From assembly GCA_003707115.1 (NCBI GenBank), contig PPNB01000024.1, positions 1 through 64,000 of the forward strand: DNA of 64,000 nucleotides, written 5' to 3'. This document shows, in pieces, positions 42,001 through 52,421 of this stretch (position 1 is the stretch's first letter; each line of letters opens with the position of its first letter). The position numbers and the translations under genes are program-made. The DNA is from Tortispora ganteri (Eukaryota). The notes below the pieces were generated by a model. It was given only the letters and a program-made list of their open reading frames with translations. It had not been told where the DNA came from and did no database searches.

Positions 42001-43564
42001 CCCGGCCTAAAAGCTGTTCGTACGGCCCTGTCTATTGTTTTTCCGGGTGTTCCAGACAAAATAGTTATTCTAAAACCAGCATGTAGCTATACTGCTAAAC
42101 TGCGCCTGAATATTTCTGATCGGCATCCGGCATCGAACACAAGAAAAAAAAAACTCTCTTTTCTCCCTTATCTTCCGCTATTATCGATATTCTGGTGCCG
42201 TTCGCCCACTACATTGCGTGGAACTTTGATCGCGATGGTTTCGGCATGATTAAACCTTAATAGGCCTTGACCAACCTCTTGGATCCGGTTGCGTTCCTTA
42301 CGCATGTGCATCACTCACTTACTGGTGTACCAATATCCAATATTACTATAACGTGGTCTTTGTGTGTTTTTGGGGTATCTCATTCAATGCTATCCTGTCT
42401 ACGCTGTACCAGTTAAGCCAAATGTAAAACCTGATCACGTTCGGTCATTATTCATCCTACCAACATTATTCCGCGATCACACTAAAATATCATAAATAGA
42501 GTTCCTAGTGTAGTTTACACATGCGCCAAAAAAAAGGCCATCTACTGGATCTTTGGCGCCGATCGATCGACATGCCATGATCGCAACGCCCGTCGTGGCG
42601 ATAGCGAACGGTCGAACGGAAAATCTTCGGCGCTGGATCATGTATATACTGATGAATCTCTGTGACTTTTAAGGCTGCCTTAAACGTTACTGTTAAACAA
42701 CTTAACTGTTATATCTGATGCCATACTATCTAAATCGTCATCTCTTGTCGGCACATTTCAGCACTATTTTGTTGTCTAAATTCTACATTCTCTAACATTG
42801 CAACTTTTAATAATCTCACTTTCTGCGATCCAGGCCTCTCCAACTGCCATTACATCATCTCCATCCTATTCCTTAGGCCTCGCAAGATTCTTGACTCTTT
42901 CACGCCCACATTTTTGCTACTCAACCCGTAGAGAACTTGAATCATTAATCGCACAATTGATCCAGCCCGCAGAACCCTAAAAATAAATATTCTCCATTTG
43001 CACACAGCTCTGCAATTCCAGTGCTTATACTACACACAGACCCTACTTGCCCTATATTGCCATATAGCAACCATACACACTCTAATGGTACTATCGGCGT
43101 TTGCATATGGACCCACCTTCCCCGGCCCCAATTCTACGCGACTACCCGGCAGTTCCTGTCACCGCTGTTCCAGCTCCCTGTCACCATCATTTTGAAAGTC
43201 ATACAGACCGGAAACTTTTGCGATTATTGAGGATCACACATCAGATCGCCGCATTCGCCCTTGATTTCCTTGCACACGGCCTGTTACCGCGCCGCCTTAC
43301 ACGTGAACCCGCTGCTCCGAACAAAGATCTCTTTCCAAGCCTTTGTAGAAAAGCTTTCTCTTACAGAGTGCCCACAACAACTCTGCTATTCTCACTGATC
43401 CAACTGCATTTACTGTAGTATCTGCCTTACAGACTCATCTGACCCAGTCACTTTGGTCCAATTAAAGTCAACCGGATTCTACCTTTAATTGCTCAATCCC
43501 GTTCCCTTGTACCTTCTATTCGCTAGACCTCTTATCATACATCGTCACATACATAACACTGAAT

Positions 43565-44854
43565 ATGGTGCTTGGACTGGACTCACGAATCTCACCGTCC
43601 GTAACACTGGATCGCTTGAAACGACACAAGTTTGTCTGGAGCGACATGCAGTACGTCGTTGACGGCCTGTTCCTCCTTGCTGCATTGATCATATCAAAAC
43701 AACCCCCGATACTATTTCGCTTGTGCATAGCTTTCCTTCTTATTCTTTCGTTTATCATACCGGCTTTATCGCAGTTCTTCTTCAACGCGCTTCCCATATT
43801 CACTTGGTTATTGTGGTTCTACTGTATGCAGTTCATCCCCGGCACTCACAGACCACCAATATCCGTCCGCATTCTTCCTGCTTTAGAAACTATACTCTAC
43901 GGTGGGAACCTTTCTTCAATGCTTAGCCAGTATACGCACCCGATCCTAGACGTACTTGCATGGATCCCCTACGGCATCATACATTTCGGCAGTCCCTTTG
44001 TCACAGCGGGCCTGATTTTTCTATTCGCCCCCCCTAAATCTCTTCCAGTATATGCAGCTGCTTTTGGCTACATGAACCTCATTGGCGTGACTATCCAGCT
44101 ACTCTTTCCGGCCGCTCCACCATGGTATAAATTAAGAAACGGCCTGGCACCTGCCGACTATTCTATGCCAGGTTCGCCTGGCGGTCTTGCGCGAATAGAC
44201 AAACTCTTGGGTGTCGACCTTTATACTTCCACTTTCACTTCTGCGCCAGTAGTTTTTGGCGCATTCCCATCTCTTCATTCTGGCTGCGCTACTATCCAGG
44301 TGCTGTTCTTGTGCCATCTCTTCCCGAAACTGTCGTCTATATTTATCAGCTACCTACTTTGGATATGGTGGTCCACAATGTACCTGACACATCATTACTT
44401 TATCGATCTCATTGGTGGTGCTCTGCTTTCATGCGCTGTTTACTACTTTTATCGTAACTCGTTGCCCCAAATCTCGCCTGATAAAATGTTTAGATGGCAG
44501 TATGATGCAATGGATGACACTCTGCTGCTTATGTATTCGCGCCGCAAGAGAAAAGTCACTGGTCCAAGTTCAAACAGCGGCCGCTATGTGCCTCTCGAAG
44601 ACGTGGAAGGATTTGAAGAGTACGAGCTGCAGAATAAACCAAATGGTGTGAATCGACCACGTGTCTCTACTACTGCTGGGGACGGCGATACCACCTCTGA
44701 ACTTGCGCATCCACTGGTGCGATCGAACATCCCTATCGGTGGTTTTGGCACTGCTTCTTCGGACGATGTTCCTGACACCCCTGGAACTGCCTCATCGGCT
44801 CACAGAACGTACAGCAACCCTGTCTCTAGACACGCGTCACCTGTCGTGAGGTAA
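43565..44854 (+). CDS. AUR1: Inositol phosphorylceramide synthase
   Basis: LPALETILYG, PAAPPWY, GGLARID, FGAFPSLHSG, TMYLTHHYFIDL. Confidence 0.97.
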   Translation: MVLGLDSRISPSVTLDRLKRHKFVWSDMQYVVDGLFLLAALIISKQPPILFRLCIAFLLILSFIIPALSQFFFNALPIFTWLLWFYCMQFIPGTHRPPISVRILPALETILYGGNLSSMLSQYTHPILDVLAWIPYGIIHFGSPFVTAGLIFLFAPPKSLPVYAAAFGYMNLIGVTIQLLFPAAPPWYKLRNGLAPADYSMPGSPGGLARIDKLLGVDLYTSTFTSAPVVFGAFPSLHSGCATIQVLFLCHLFPKLSSIFISYLLWIWWSTMYLTHHYFIDLIGGALLSCAVYYFYRNSLPQISPDKMFRWQYDAMDDTLLLMYSRRKRKVTGPSSNSGRYVPLEDVEGFEEYELQNKPNGVNRPRVSTTAGDGDTTSELAHPLVRSNIPIGGFGTASSDDVPDTPGTASSAHRTYSNPVSRHASPVVR

Positions 44855-45250
44855 TATCATATTAACGCCGACGTTGTATATTACATTTAATATGGCCGCC
44901 CAACATTCGTGATTTGTGGCGGCAATTACATTCTTTAATGACTTACAACCAATAATTTAGTTGAGTGAATATTCGCTTACAAACATACGTAAGGATTAAA
45001 AGGGCAAAATTTCTTAATAGATAAGAAAATAACGAGATAAGAACTAGAAACAAACAAGCGAGCATAGTAGCCGCTCTTCTTTTTTAAATTTCTTACAGAA
45101 TGCATTGCAAACCTGTTGCTTCGGCTCTACATGTTAGCGGTCCTCACAGAGGCCACAGTAGCACTGCAACATTGCATTGCCTATGCAATAAACGAAAGAC
45201 AGGTCCACAAGCACGCTATAAGACAACGACAGGCAGAAGTTAGACGGAGT

Positions 45251-46183
45251 TTAGACTTCATTAGTATAAACTTCGCCGCTGCAGTCAAGACAGTAGTATA
45301 CACCGTTGACAGCTGAAGCGCGAATACTAGCCCACTCGCTTTTTGCGGGGATTCTGAGACAATCAGGTCGAGAGCATCTAGCTCCGGTTTTCTTGTATCG
45401 TAGGCCGCAGGAGTTGCAGAGTTGACCTACGGAGTTATTCCAAGAAGGTCTCCAGCAAGGTGACGATACAGTTTTGCAGGAGATGCAGGCGCGACGTCGT
45501 GGACGGTCAGATGTGTCCGAAGAGTCCACGGGAGAAGATACAGAGGCAGCGCCGCCGCCGTTGCCTGCATGAGGAGGAGAATTTGAGGCTGAAGAGAAGG
45601 CCGAGGAAGAGGAAGAAGTGACGGCGACTGAGGTGTGACGTCTGCCTAATTTTTGGGACTGGCTGTGGTTGTGGTTGTGATTGTGGCTATGGTTGTGGTG
45701 ATGGTGATGAGGATCGTGCTTGCCAGTAGCGGAAGCATAGGTTGAGGAGGCGTGGAGAGGCGTGGAGTCATGGGGATCGTAATTTTGGAAAGTTTCATCG
45801 TAGGAAGACGGATGCTGTGATTTGCATGTTTTCCTTGATTTGCGCGGGCTCGTTCTGTGTCTCTCTTCCGAGGAGACAGAGAGCGAGTAGGCAGCTGCGG
45901 CAGCTGCGGCAGGGGAGGATCGGCTAGAGATGACGGAGCAGAGTTCTTTGCGCCACACAGAAGCGTAGGGGCAGGTATCTGCGTAAAGTAAGCTGCAAGA
46001 AGGATTTTGGTACTCAACCGAGGATAGTCTGCGGATAGCATAGCCTGGATCGGAGACGTGATCGGACTCGAAGGACCTGGCGGAGGAATCCGAAGCAGAA
46101 TCAGAAATATCAGGTTCGAGTAAAGGGATATCGAACGAAGAGGCAACCTTTGGGGCGGTCAAGTCTGGTTGTATTATAGACAT
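45251..46183 (-). CDS. ASH1: Ash1-type GATA zinc-finger transcription factor
   Basis: CISC..SPCWRPSW..QLCNSCGLRYKKTGARC..CLRIP is the Ash1-type finger; first ATG at 46183; His/Asn repeat. Confidence 0.8.
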   Translation of the reverse strand: MSIIQPDLTAPKVASSFDIPLLEPDISDSASDSSARSFESDHVSDPGYAIRRLSSVEYQNPSCSLLYADTCPYASVWRKELCSVISSRSSPAAAAAAAYSLSVSSEERHRTSPRKSRKTCKSQHPSSYDETFQNYDPHDSTPLHASSTYASATGKHDPHHHHHNHSHNHNHNHSQSQKLGRRHTSVAVTSSSSSAFSSASNSPPHAGNGGGAASVSSPVDSSDTSDRPRRRACISCKTVSSPCWRPSWNNSVGQLCNSCGLRYKKTGARCSRPDCLRIPAKSEWASIRASAVNGVYYCLDCSGEVYTNEV

Positions 46184-47399
46184 GTTAGACTGATCAAGGT
46201 ACACGTGAGTCTTCTGGCGGGTCAAGCTGAGAACGGGGCAGCAGCAAACGTTGGGTTCTCACTTTAGGGTGTCTTGAAAGACAATTGAGTAAATAACGCA
46301 AACAATTTGAATCAAAGAATTTAATTTCTCGGATTCGACAGAGATCTTTTAGTGTTGTCCGGGTTGCGGTCGGGGTGAAGGCGGACAGACAGACAGACAA
46401 AGCTCTAGCGATTTACCGGGGAAAATACAATCGGAGGGAAACGTCAAATTGTAGCGTAGGATGAAGCTATGAGATCTGACGTGTAAAGTCAATTGTTTGA
46501 TTTGCTAATAGATCGAAAAGACGATTAAGTAAGATCAAACACAAATAATGACAAAATGACAACTGTTTGCGACAAAATTGACTAGTTATGTTAAATGGTG
46601 CGTTGCGTTGCGTGAGGGTTATAGGTGTGCGTTTTGGGTTACCGCCCCGGGGGAAACAGAGGGGGGAAAACAGGCCAAAACACTATCTTTGAAAGAGCGT
46701 TCTCGAGGGTTTACCGGTAGTAAACTTAAAATATGGCATTATTTAAAATTTAGAATCTCATAGAAAAAGTCCAGACGAATGCTTTAATTTATTCCGATTG
46801 CGCCAGTTGTGTCTATATTCGTATTTTATATTATTATAAAGGCATTACCGCAAAAATTGGTAGCGCTCTCTGGATTCGATCGGGGCCTCTGACACCCGCT
46901 GTTGCCCTAACGTATAGTGTGAGTCGCGTTGCTAGGGCTCTTTTCGTGTCCGTGACTGGTAAATAGTTGCAAATCTCACTATTTTAACACAAACTCTATT
47001 CTTCACCATATTTCCACCGCTGCCATGCTCTACACCAATAGCAATTGACGATCTGATAACAAATTCAGTTAAACCCTATGCGAAGGTTTGACACAGCACC
47101 GGGTAATGTAGTTTAATTGCGAAACAGATTACTTCTGCGGATTTCATGTAATTCGCATAGCCGCAAGGTATCTAGGCTCCTGGTGGTCAGTGACCCTTGT
47201 TCATAGAGTCCTTGCTACACCTAGTAATTTTAACGGAATGCACCACTACCACTTTTGAAGCAGCAGATACACTGTGCGTAAATCGATATGTGGTATTTTG
47301 CTCTGTTGTTATGCAGCCCGTGGGGCCGGTAAAGTTGACCGACCCCTTTGAGAGTTCTGCGACATTAGAACTCTATTCTTCTTTGATACGCACGCCATT

Positions 47400-48143
47400 A
47401 TGGATTCCAATCCTATTGGCATCAAAGTTCACCAGCTAAGTCGCCCCGTTAATGACTTGGACACGCTGGCATTACAACTACCTGAATCTTTCGGCCGAGT
47501 TTATGTGGGAGAGCAGTTCCCTATTGTGTTGGCTTGCACCTACACCGATCCGGCAATCGCCCTACGATCTGTGACTGCGTCAGTGTCGTCTCCACCGGGG
47601 TTGAATCCGATCGAAATACGGCTCGCGCAGCGCACATCACAGAACTTCACTTACATTGCGCTTGGAAAGACAGAGATACGCAGTGCTGGCTTGCATGCCC
47701 TAACGGTGACGGCTCAGTACACTGTGGGTGCCGACACTACCACCAAATCAATACGTAAGGTGTACAAGTTCACTGCACAGCATTGCATAAGTATTACAAC
47801 GTCAGTAGTTCCTTCGCGCGCAAACAGCTATTTTGTTTTGACACGTATTGAGAATGTGCTCGATACAGGAACGCCACTGAGCATTGACTGCGTTGATCTG
47901 ACATATGATCAACGGTCCGCGGCGTCGGGACCGGGACCATGGGCAGTAACGGCAGCACCTACAATATTACCGAAGGCAAAAATACCTGCAGAAAAGGTAA
48001 TATTGATGCCTGGATCCGTGTACCAGTACATCCACGAGGCTGTGCCGTCGTCGGACGGGTGTCTGGGCAAGGTGGTGTCTGGATGGCATCGCGATCATCT
48101 TGGGGAACGCGGCTGGCTTACTTCTGCGGACATTTACGTCTAA
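47400..48143 (+). CDS. TRAPPC13 (DUF974)-like protein, short form
   Basis: IKVHQLSRP, LQLPESFGRVYVGEQF, GLHAL, IRKVYKF, GERGWLTS. Confidence 0.75.
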   Translation: MDSNPIGIKVHQLSRPVNDLDTLALQLPESFGRVYVGEQFPIVLACTYTDPAIALRSVTASVSSPPGLNPIEIRLAQRTSQNFTYIALGKTEIRSAGLHALTVTAQYTVGADTTTKSIRKVYKFTAQHCISITTSVVPSRANSYFVLTRIENVLDTGTPLSIDCVDLTYDQRSAASGPGPWAVTAAPTILPKAKIPAEKVILMPGSVYQYIHEAVPSSDGCLGKVVSGWHRDHLGERGWLTSADIYV

Positions 48144-48289
48144 TTTTGCATCAATTGGCTTATAAATGTTTTTAATGGCGATATACAGCGAGAATTGCGT
48201 GGATTGCTGCTACGCATCCAGAGTGAAAGGTCTAAAGCCGGGATGCGCTGTGCACCAACACCACCCATCATTCGACTTGACACCCTGCG

Positions 48290-48519
48290 ATGGGTCTGAA
48301 AATCCACGGAAGACTGGTAAGTTCCACTTTTAAGTGTATAAACATGCACACAAATACTAATATAAGCGTTTGCTAGGACCACTGATCGTAATGATTATAC
48401 CTATGGGCATACATTTTGGGTACCAGCGGCGGCAGGCGCAGATCGAAGAGTCACGGAGAAACGTCAATAGCGCCCAGCCTGCGGGCCCAGCTGTGGACGA
48501 TACTTCTACCACTAATTAA
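48290..48519 (+). CDS. Candidate spliced single-pass membrane microprotein, 59 aa (exons 48290-48316, 48367-48519)
   Basis: Intron 48317-48366 GTAAGT..TACTAAT..AAG; product MGLKIHGRLRLLGPLIVMIIPMGIHFGYQRRQAQIEESRRNVNSAQPAGPAVDDTSTTN. Confidence 0.6.
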
Positions 48520-48571
48520 CAGCTACAAATGTTCTCTAATGTTTTTGACTAAATACGTTGCAAAATATTTC

Positions 48572-49693
48572 TCATAGATTCCGTAAGTGAAGAGATGTAA
48601 ACTCGTAAGTCATCAATGTGATTGCGCTGGCTGGCACGACGCGGAGGAAGTTGGTCATAAGACCCGCGTAGAACCCGCGCCAGCCTTGCTGTCTATATAT
48701 TGTCGCCAAAACGTTCATGAATTTGGGTCCCTGCAGCGAATTGTCTTTGCCAGTATTGAGCGCGATTTGCATTGACGTTCTGACAACTTCGTGCGGGTAT
48801 GTCACCATCGAAGCACCCATCTTCGACAGCGACGAAGCTACCATGACCTTTCCCATATAGTTAGCGACGGTCGACTCTTCGCGATGCGCTTCATCAGCAC
48901 CGAGAACGCTCTTGAGCACCTCATACAGTGGGAACTGTAGCGCGACGTGAGTCAAGCCGAACAAAGCAGGTCCGATCCCCGAGTAGAACGCTTTCAGACC
49001 TTCTTGTCTATACATTGTACGGAAAGCATCTAGTGTGGACGTGTACTTAAATGTAGAAGAGCCAATTCCCTGTGACATCAACCGCGTCTTGACAACCCAG
49101 ATCGGGTTCGTTACCAGCGTCGAAGAACCGCCCGCACCTACCGCAGAGAGGATGTTGATTAGGTAGCCTTCCTTTTGCTCCGGGCTAGGCGGATCAGCAC
49201 CAGCGCTGGCGGTCGTGTGAGTGCTCGCGAAGATGCCACGAAGACTCACTTTGAGCTGCTCATATATGGGGAAATAGACCATCCATGTGGGCACGTAGCC
49301 GAATATGATGGGCCCCAGGCCGCGATAGAAGCCCTTGAACCCGGAACTTGTCCATATGTCGTGGACGATTGTCGCGATCGAAGGGCGATGCACGCTGTGT
49401 GTCAAAATTCCCGTGGCCTGCTGTCTTGTCTTGATCACATCTAATGGGCAGACAGCGATTCCGGATACCATGCCAGCGACGGCTCCCGATACCGCATTCT
49501 GCAGTTCTACAGGTATATAGTGTATGGTATGCTGTTCGACTGCTGAGTTCGCTAGATATGGGGGGAAGACGGCAGATGTACAATCTGAGGCGGCAAATAG
49601 CCTGCTATCAGGCAAATTTTCGGTGCTGATTTCGTTACTTATAATGCTATTAGCGTTGTTGCCGCTGTTGTGGTGCCGGAAGTCGGTGCTCAT
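48572..49693 (-). CDS. YIA6: Mitochondrial carrier, NAD+ transporter (Ndt1/Ndt2 type)
   Basis: Three carrier repeats CPLDVIKTR, NPIWVVKTRLM, YPHEVVRT; GYVPTWMVYF, HVALQFPLYE. Confidence 0.85.
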   Translation of the reverse strand: MSTDFRHHNSGNNANSIISNEISTENLPDSRLFAASDCTSAVFPPYLANSAVEQHTIHYIPVELQNAVSGAVAGMVSGIAVCPLDVIKTRQQATGILTHSVHRPSIATIVHDIWTSSGFKGFYRGLGPIIFGYVPTWMVYFPIYEQLKVSLRGIFASTHTTASAGADPPSPEQKEGYLINILSAVGAGGSSTLVTNPIWVVKTRLMSQGIGSSTFKYTSTLDAFRTMYRQEGLKAFYSGIGPALFGLTHVALQFPLYEVLKSVLGADEAHREESTVANYMGKVMVASSLSKMGASMVTYPHEVVRTSMQIALNTGKDNSLQGPKFMNVLATIYRQQGWRGFYAGLMTNFLRVVPASAITLMTYEFTSLHLRNL

Positions 49694-49963
49694 CGCTGAA
49701 TAAGAACGGCGATTGGCGCTGCAACACCGCCACTAGACGGCGACTGGCTCTATTTTTTTGGCGCTAAAAACCTTATTTCGCTGCGTGATCCGAGCAGCCA
49801 GTTTATTAAAAAAAAATAATTTCACTTGTCGAATTAAAGAGAATTCGTGTAAAAACAAATTGTGCTCCCTGATAAGTGAAAGTGCGAGGTGAAAATAGTA
49901 CACCCTGCTGTGTTGTGCCTGTTGGGAGTCCCAACTGTTACGCCCGAGGAAAGAGTGCAACAT

Positions 49964-49988
49964 TAACCGATCAGTAACTGATCGGTTA
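49964..49988. promoter_or_regulatory. Perfect 25-bp palindrome upstream of the NAD+ carrier gene
   Basis: TAACCGATCAGT-A-ACTGATCGGTTA; regulatory role is inferred. Confidence 0.55.
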
Positions 49989-50053
49989 CCCAAAAAATGC
50001 CTTGATCTACCTGTAAACGTCTTTATATACACGCTCATAGCAAAAGAGAAGGA

Positions 50054-52246
50054 TCAATCCCGTTCAAACATCGCTGCAATGTCTTCAAGTGTCGCACCAA
50101 CGCTTTCAATATCACCATATCGCACACACATACCGTCATACGCTACAATCGCTTCTGGTACCCGCTTGTCGTCGTCGATCGTTAACAACCATTCGTACCG
50201 ACTGCCTTTAAGTGTGTCTGGCAGTTGATTCTTTAAGTTGCATGCCAAAGTGTGACCTTCATTGCCGTGTCCGGCTTTAGGGTACCGTTGCGAGATATGC
50301 GTTAATACTATCCTCTTCGCTCCCATAGCCGTACCAACTAGCAGTGATTCCGACTGCGTGCTGTGCATTTTCTCGGATGCATCTTCATGTAGATCATCAC
50401 CATGCGTTGCCTCATGCACCAGAAGGTCAATTCCTCTGCAAATATTTACAAACTTTTCGTTAGGCCTTGTGTCCCCAGAGTACCCCACAGAGAATGTATC
50501 AGTTTCGCCGATCCGCAGCACTACTTTCATGCTGTACGCCATCGCAGGATGAATCGCCTTCACCGCACAGATCTCTTTGATCCGCGAATCTTTGTCTTCA
50601 TAAAGCTCATTCAATACTGACTTCATGTCACTCGAAAATCTCGTCACCGTATCCTCCTGAGGAAGGTCTTCCTCTACGTACTCTTCGTGCATCTCAGCTA
50701 TTACTTTCTGCCGTTTCACTGCGTTCGTATCCATATTGTCCACCCGTACTTGGTTGTACATGTCTAAAAACCGCACGCGCTCCAGATCCAGCGGGTCGAT
50801 CGCGCTCCATTCCTCGATCACCGACGCTATTCGTTTGGGCCCCACTATATACAGTTTGCGGTCTTCTGCCGCTGCCTTGGTCCATTGCGCAATCATGCGT
50901 ATGATTCCCAGGTGATGGTCCGCGTGAAGATGTGAAATAAATATAACGCGTATAGACGCGATAACAGATCGAGCTCTTGAGCCATACAACCGTGCCAGTT
51001 GTATGCATGTAGCTTCGCCGCAGTCGAACAATACGGCGTGGTGCGCAGATGTGCGTATCAGCGTTCCTGACACGTTCCGGTACTTCGACGGGAACGACGA
51101 TCCCGTACCGAGAGTCACAATCTGCACGTCGTCTATACCGCCTGCCGGGTCCCTTAACGCGTCTGTTTTGCAGGGCGACTGTGTCACGTCCAAGACGGTA
51201 TCGTCGTTTGCCCATGTAGTTGTCTGATTGATGCTCAACTGCGGCAGTACTGACATTTCCATGCCAGCCGCCAGCACCCCGACATGCCTGTACTTATCGC
51301 GAAACCATGCAGCGGCGTGGTTTTCATCGTCAGACGGCCATAAATGAGGCGCCGAAAACAGGCGTGGAGCGACCTCTGCGCATTTCTGAAGCGCAGCGGC
51401 CGCAGATGTCGCTGAGAAATAGTCTTTGCATAGGTGTACGTGCGACACAAACAACTTACAACCCTCAAACAGGCGGATTAGCTGTGCGAGTGCGTCAGAA
51501 CGTAAATCAACGGCTTTACCGAGCGATAAAATAACCACAGTGTCTCGTTGCTCGTCAGATTGACTCTGCGCGCCAGGATGTAAAGGGGCTGCCCAGGCTA
51601 CATTTAGCGCTTTGGAGACCAAACAGTCGTTCGACAGCTCCAGAAAGAACAAACGCGGTCCAGGTTTAGCCGGCTCGTTGACGTCATCTGACTTGACAGT
51701 CTTCCCGTTGTCGAGCTGGATATCTTGACCTGCAGCCAGGACCTTGTACATTCTCCTGTCTGTGACGCCAAGGGCTTGAGCATGCTGCGGCAAAAACCGG
51801 CCCCGCATGTCTGCAAACTGCACCGTATACGAGGCCGAGTTGTCAAGCATAATTGTACGGATAGAAAGCATGTCGTCTGCATACGTATCAGCAAAACTGA
51901 ACTGTACTGTGCCAGATCGGAGAACGAAGTGCCGCCATATGCGGATCATCGCTCTCAGACTCGGCAGATGGCCCAACAGTGCCACTTGTTTGTTTTTAGA
52001 TAATTCTGATAACGTAATTCCTAGTCCTGGAAGACCTCCTAAATTGTTTATAGATACATTTCCAGCGACTGCAGCTACTTTTAGTGTGTCTTTAAACCGA
52101 AACTTGTGCTGGATAAGTGTCCGCTGCAGACCTTCGCCAAAGTTGCCAATAACGTACCTGTTACGATTTCCCGTAAACAATAGTATTGATGACGAAGAGA
52201 ATTCTGCCTCTGACGGCGTTGCCAGCACATTCAATTGCGCTAGCAT
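50054..52246 (-). CDS. TRZ1: tRNase Z, long form
   Basis: GEGLQR, TLGTGSSFPSKYRNV, DCGE, ISHLHADHHLG, YSGDTRP, HEAT, LTHISQRYPK. Confidence 0.95.
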   Translation of the reverse strand: MLAQLNVLATPSEAEFSSSSILLFTGNRNRYVIGNFGEGLQRTLIQHKFRFKDTLKVAAVAGNVSINNLGGLPGLGITLSELSKNKQVALLGHLPSLRAMIRIWRHFVLRSGTVQFSFADTYADDMLSIRTIMLDNSASYTVQFADMRGRFLPQHAQALGVTDRRMYKVLAAGQDIQLDNGKTVKSDDVNEPAKPGPRLFFLELSNDCLVSKALNVAWAAPLHPGAQSQSDEQRDTVVILSLGKAVDLRSDALAQLIRLFEGCKLFVSHVHLCKDYFSATSAAAALQKCAEVAPRLFSAPHLWPSDDENHAAAWFRDKYRHVGVLAAGMEMSVLPQLSINQTTTWANDDTVLDVTQSPCKTDALRDPAGGIDDVQIVTLGTGSSFPSKYRNVSGTLIRTSAHHAVLFDCGEATCIQLARLYGSRARSVIASIRVIFISHLHADHHLGIIRMIAQWTKAAAEDRKLYIVGPKRIASVIEEWSAIDPLDLERVRFLDMYNQVRVDNMDTNAVKRQKVIAEMHEEYVEEDLPQEDTVTRFSSDMKSVLNELYEDKDSRIKEICAVKAIHPAMAYSMKVVLRIGETDTFSVGYSGDTRPNEKFVNICRGIDLLVHEATHGDDLHEDASEKMHSTQSESLLVGTAMGAKRIVLTHISQRYPKAGHGNEGHTLACNLKNQLPDTLKGSRYEWLLTIDDDKRVPEAIVAYDGMCVRYGDIESVGATLEDIAAMFERD

Positions 52247-52421
52247 CCGCCTAATTGTACCTCTAGTCTGCGAAACCGTGATTTATTGTCGGATACTGAA
52301 AATTCCTCTGCACGAGCGTATTGGGACTATCTGCATATACTACTTCTACGCTCAATCAAATCCAACCATAAAATATTTCCCCGTTTTAATCATTATATAC
52401 TGAAATATCAAACCAACCGCT

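Noticed and set aside
42973..42980. AACCCTAA as a telomerase RNA template
   Set aside because: Isolated short match, equally explained as a Tbf1-type promoter site; no supporting pseudoknot or Sm site identified
44894..44923. GCCGCC/GGCGGC hairpin after AUR1
   Set aside because: Short stem within chance expectation; no further support
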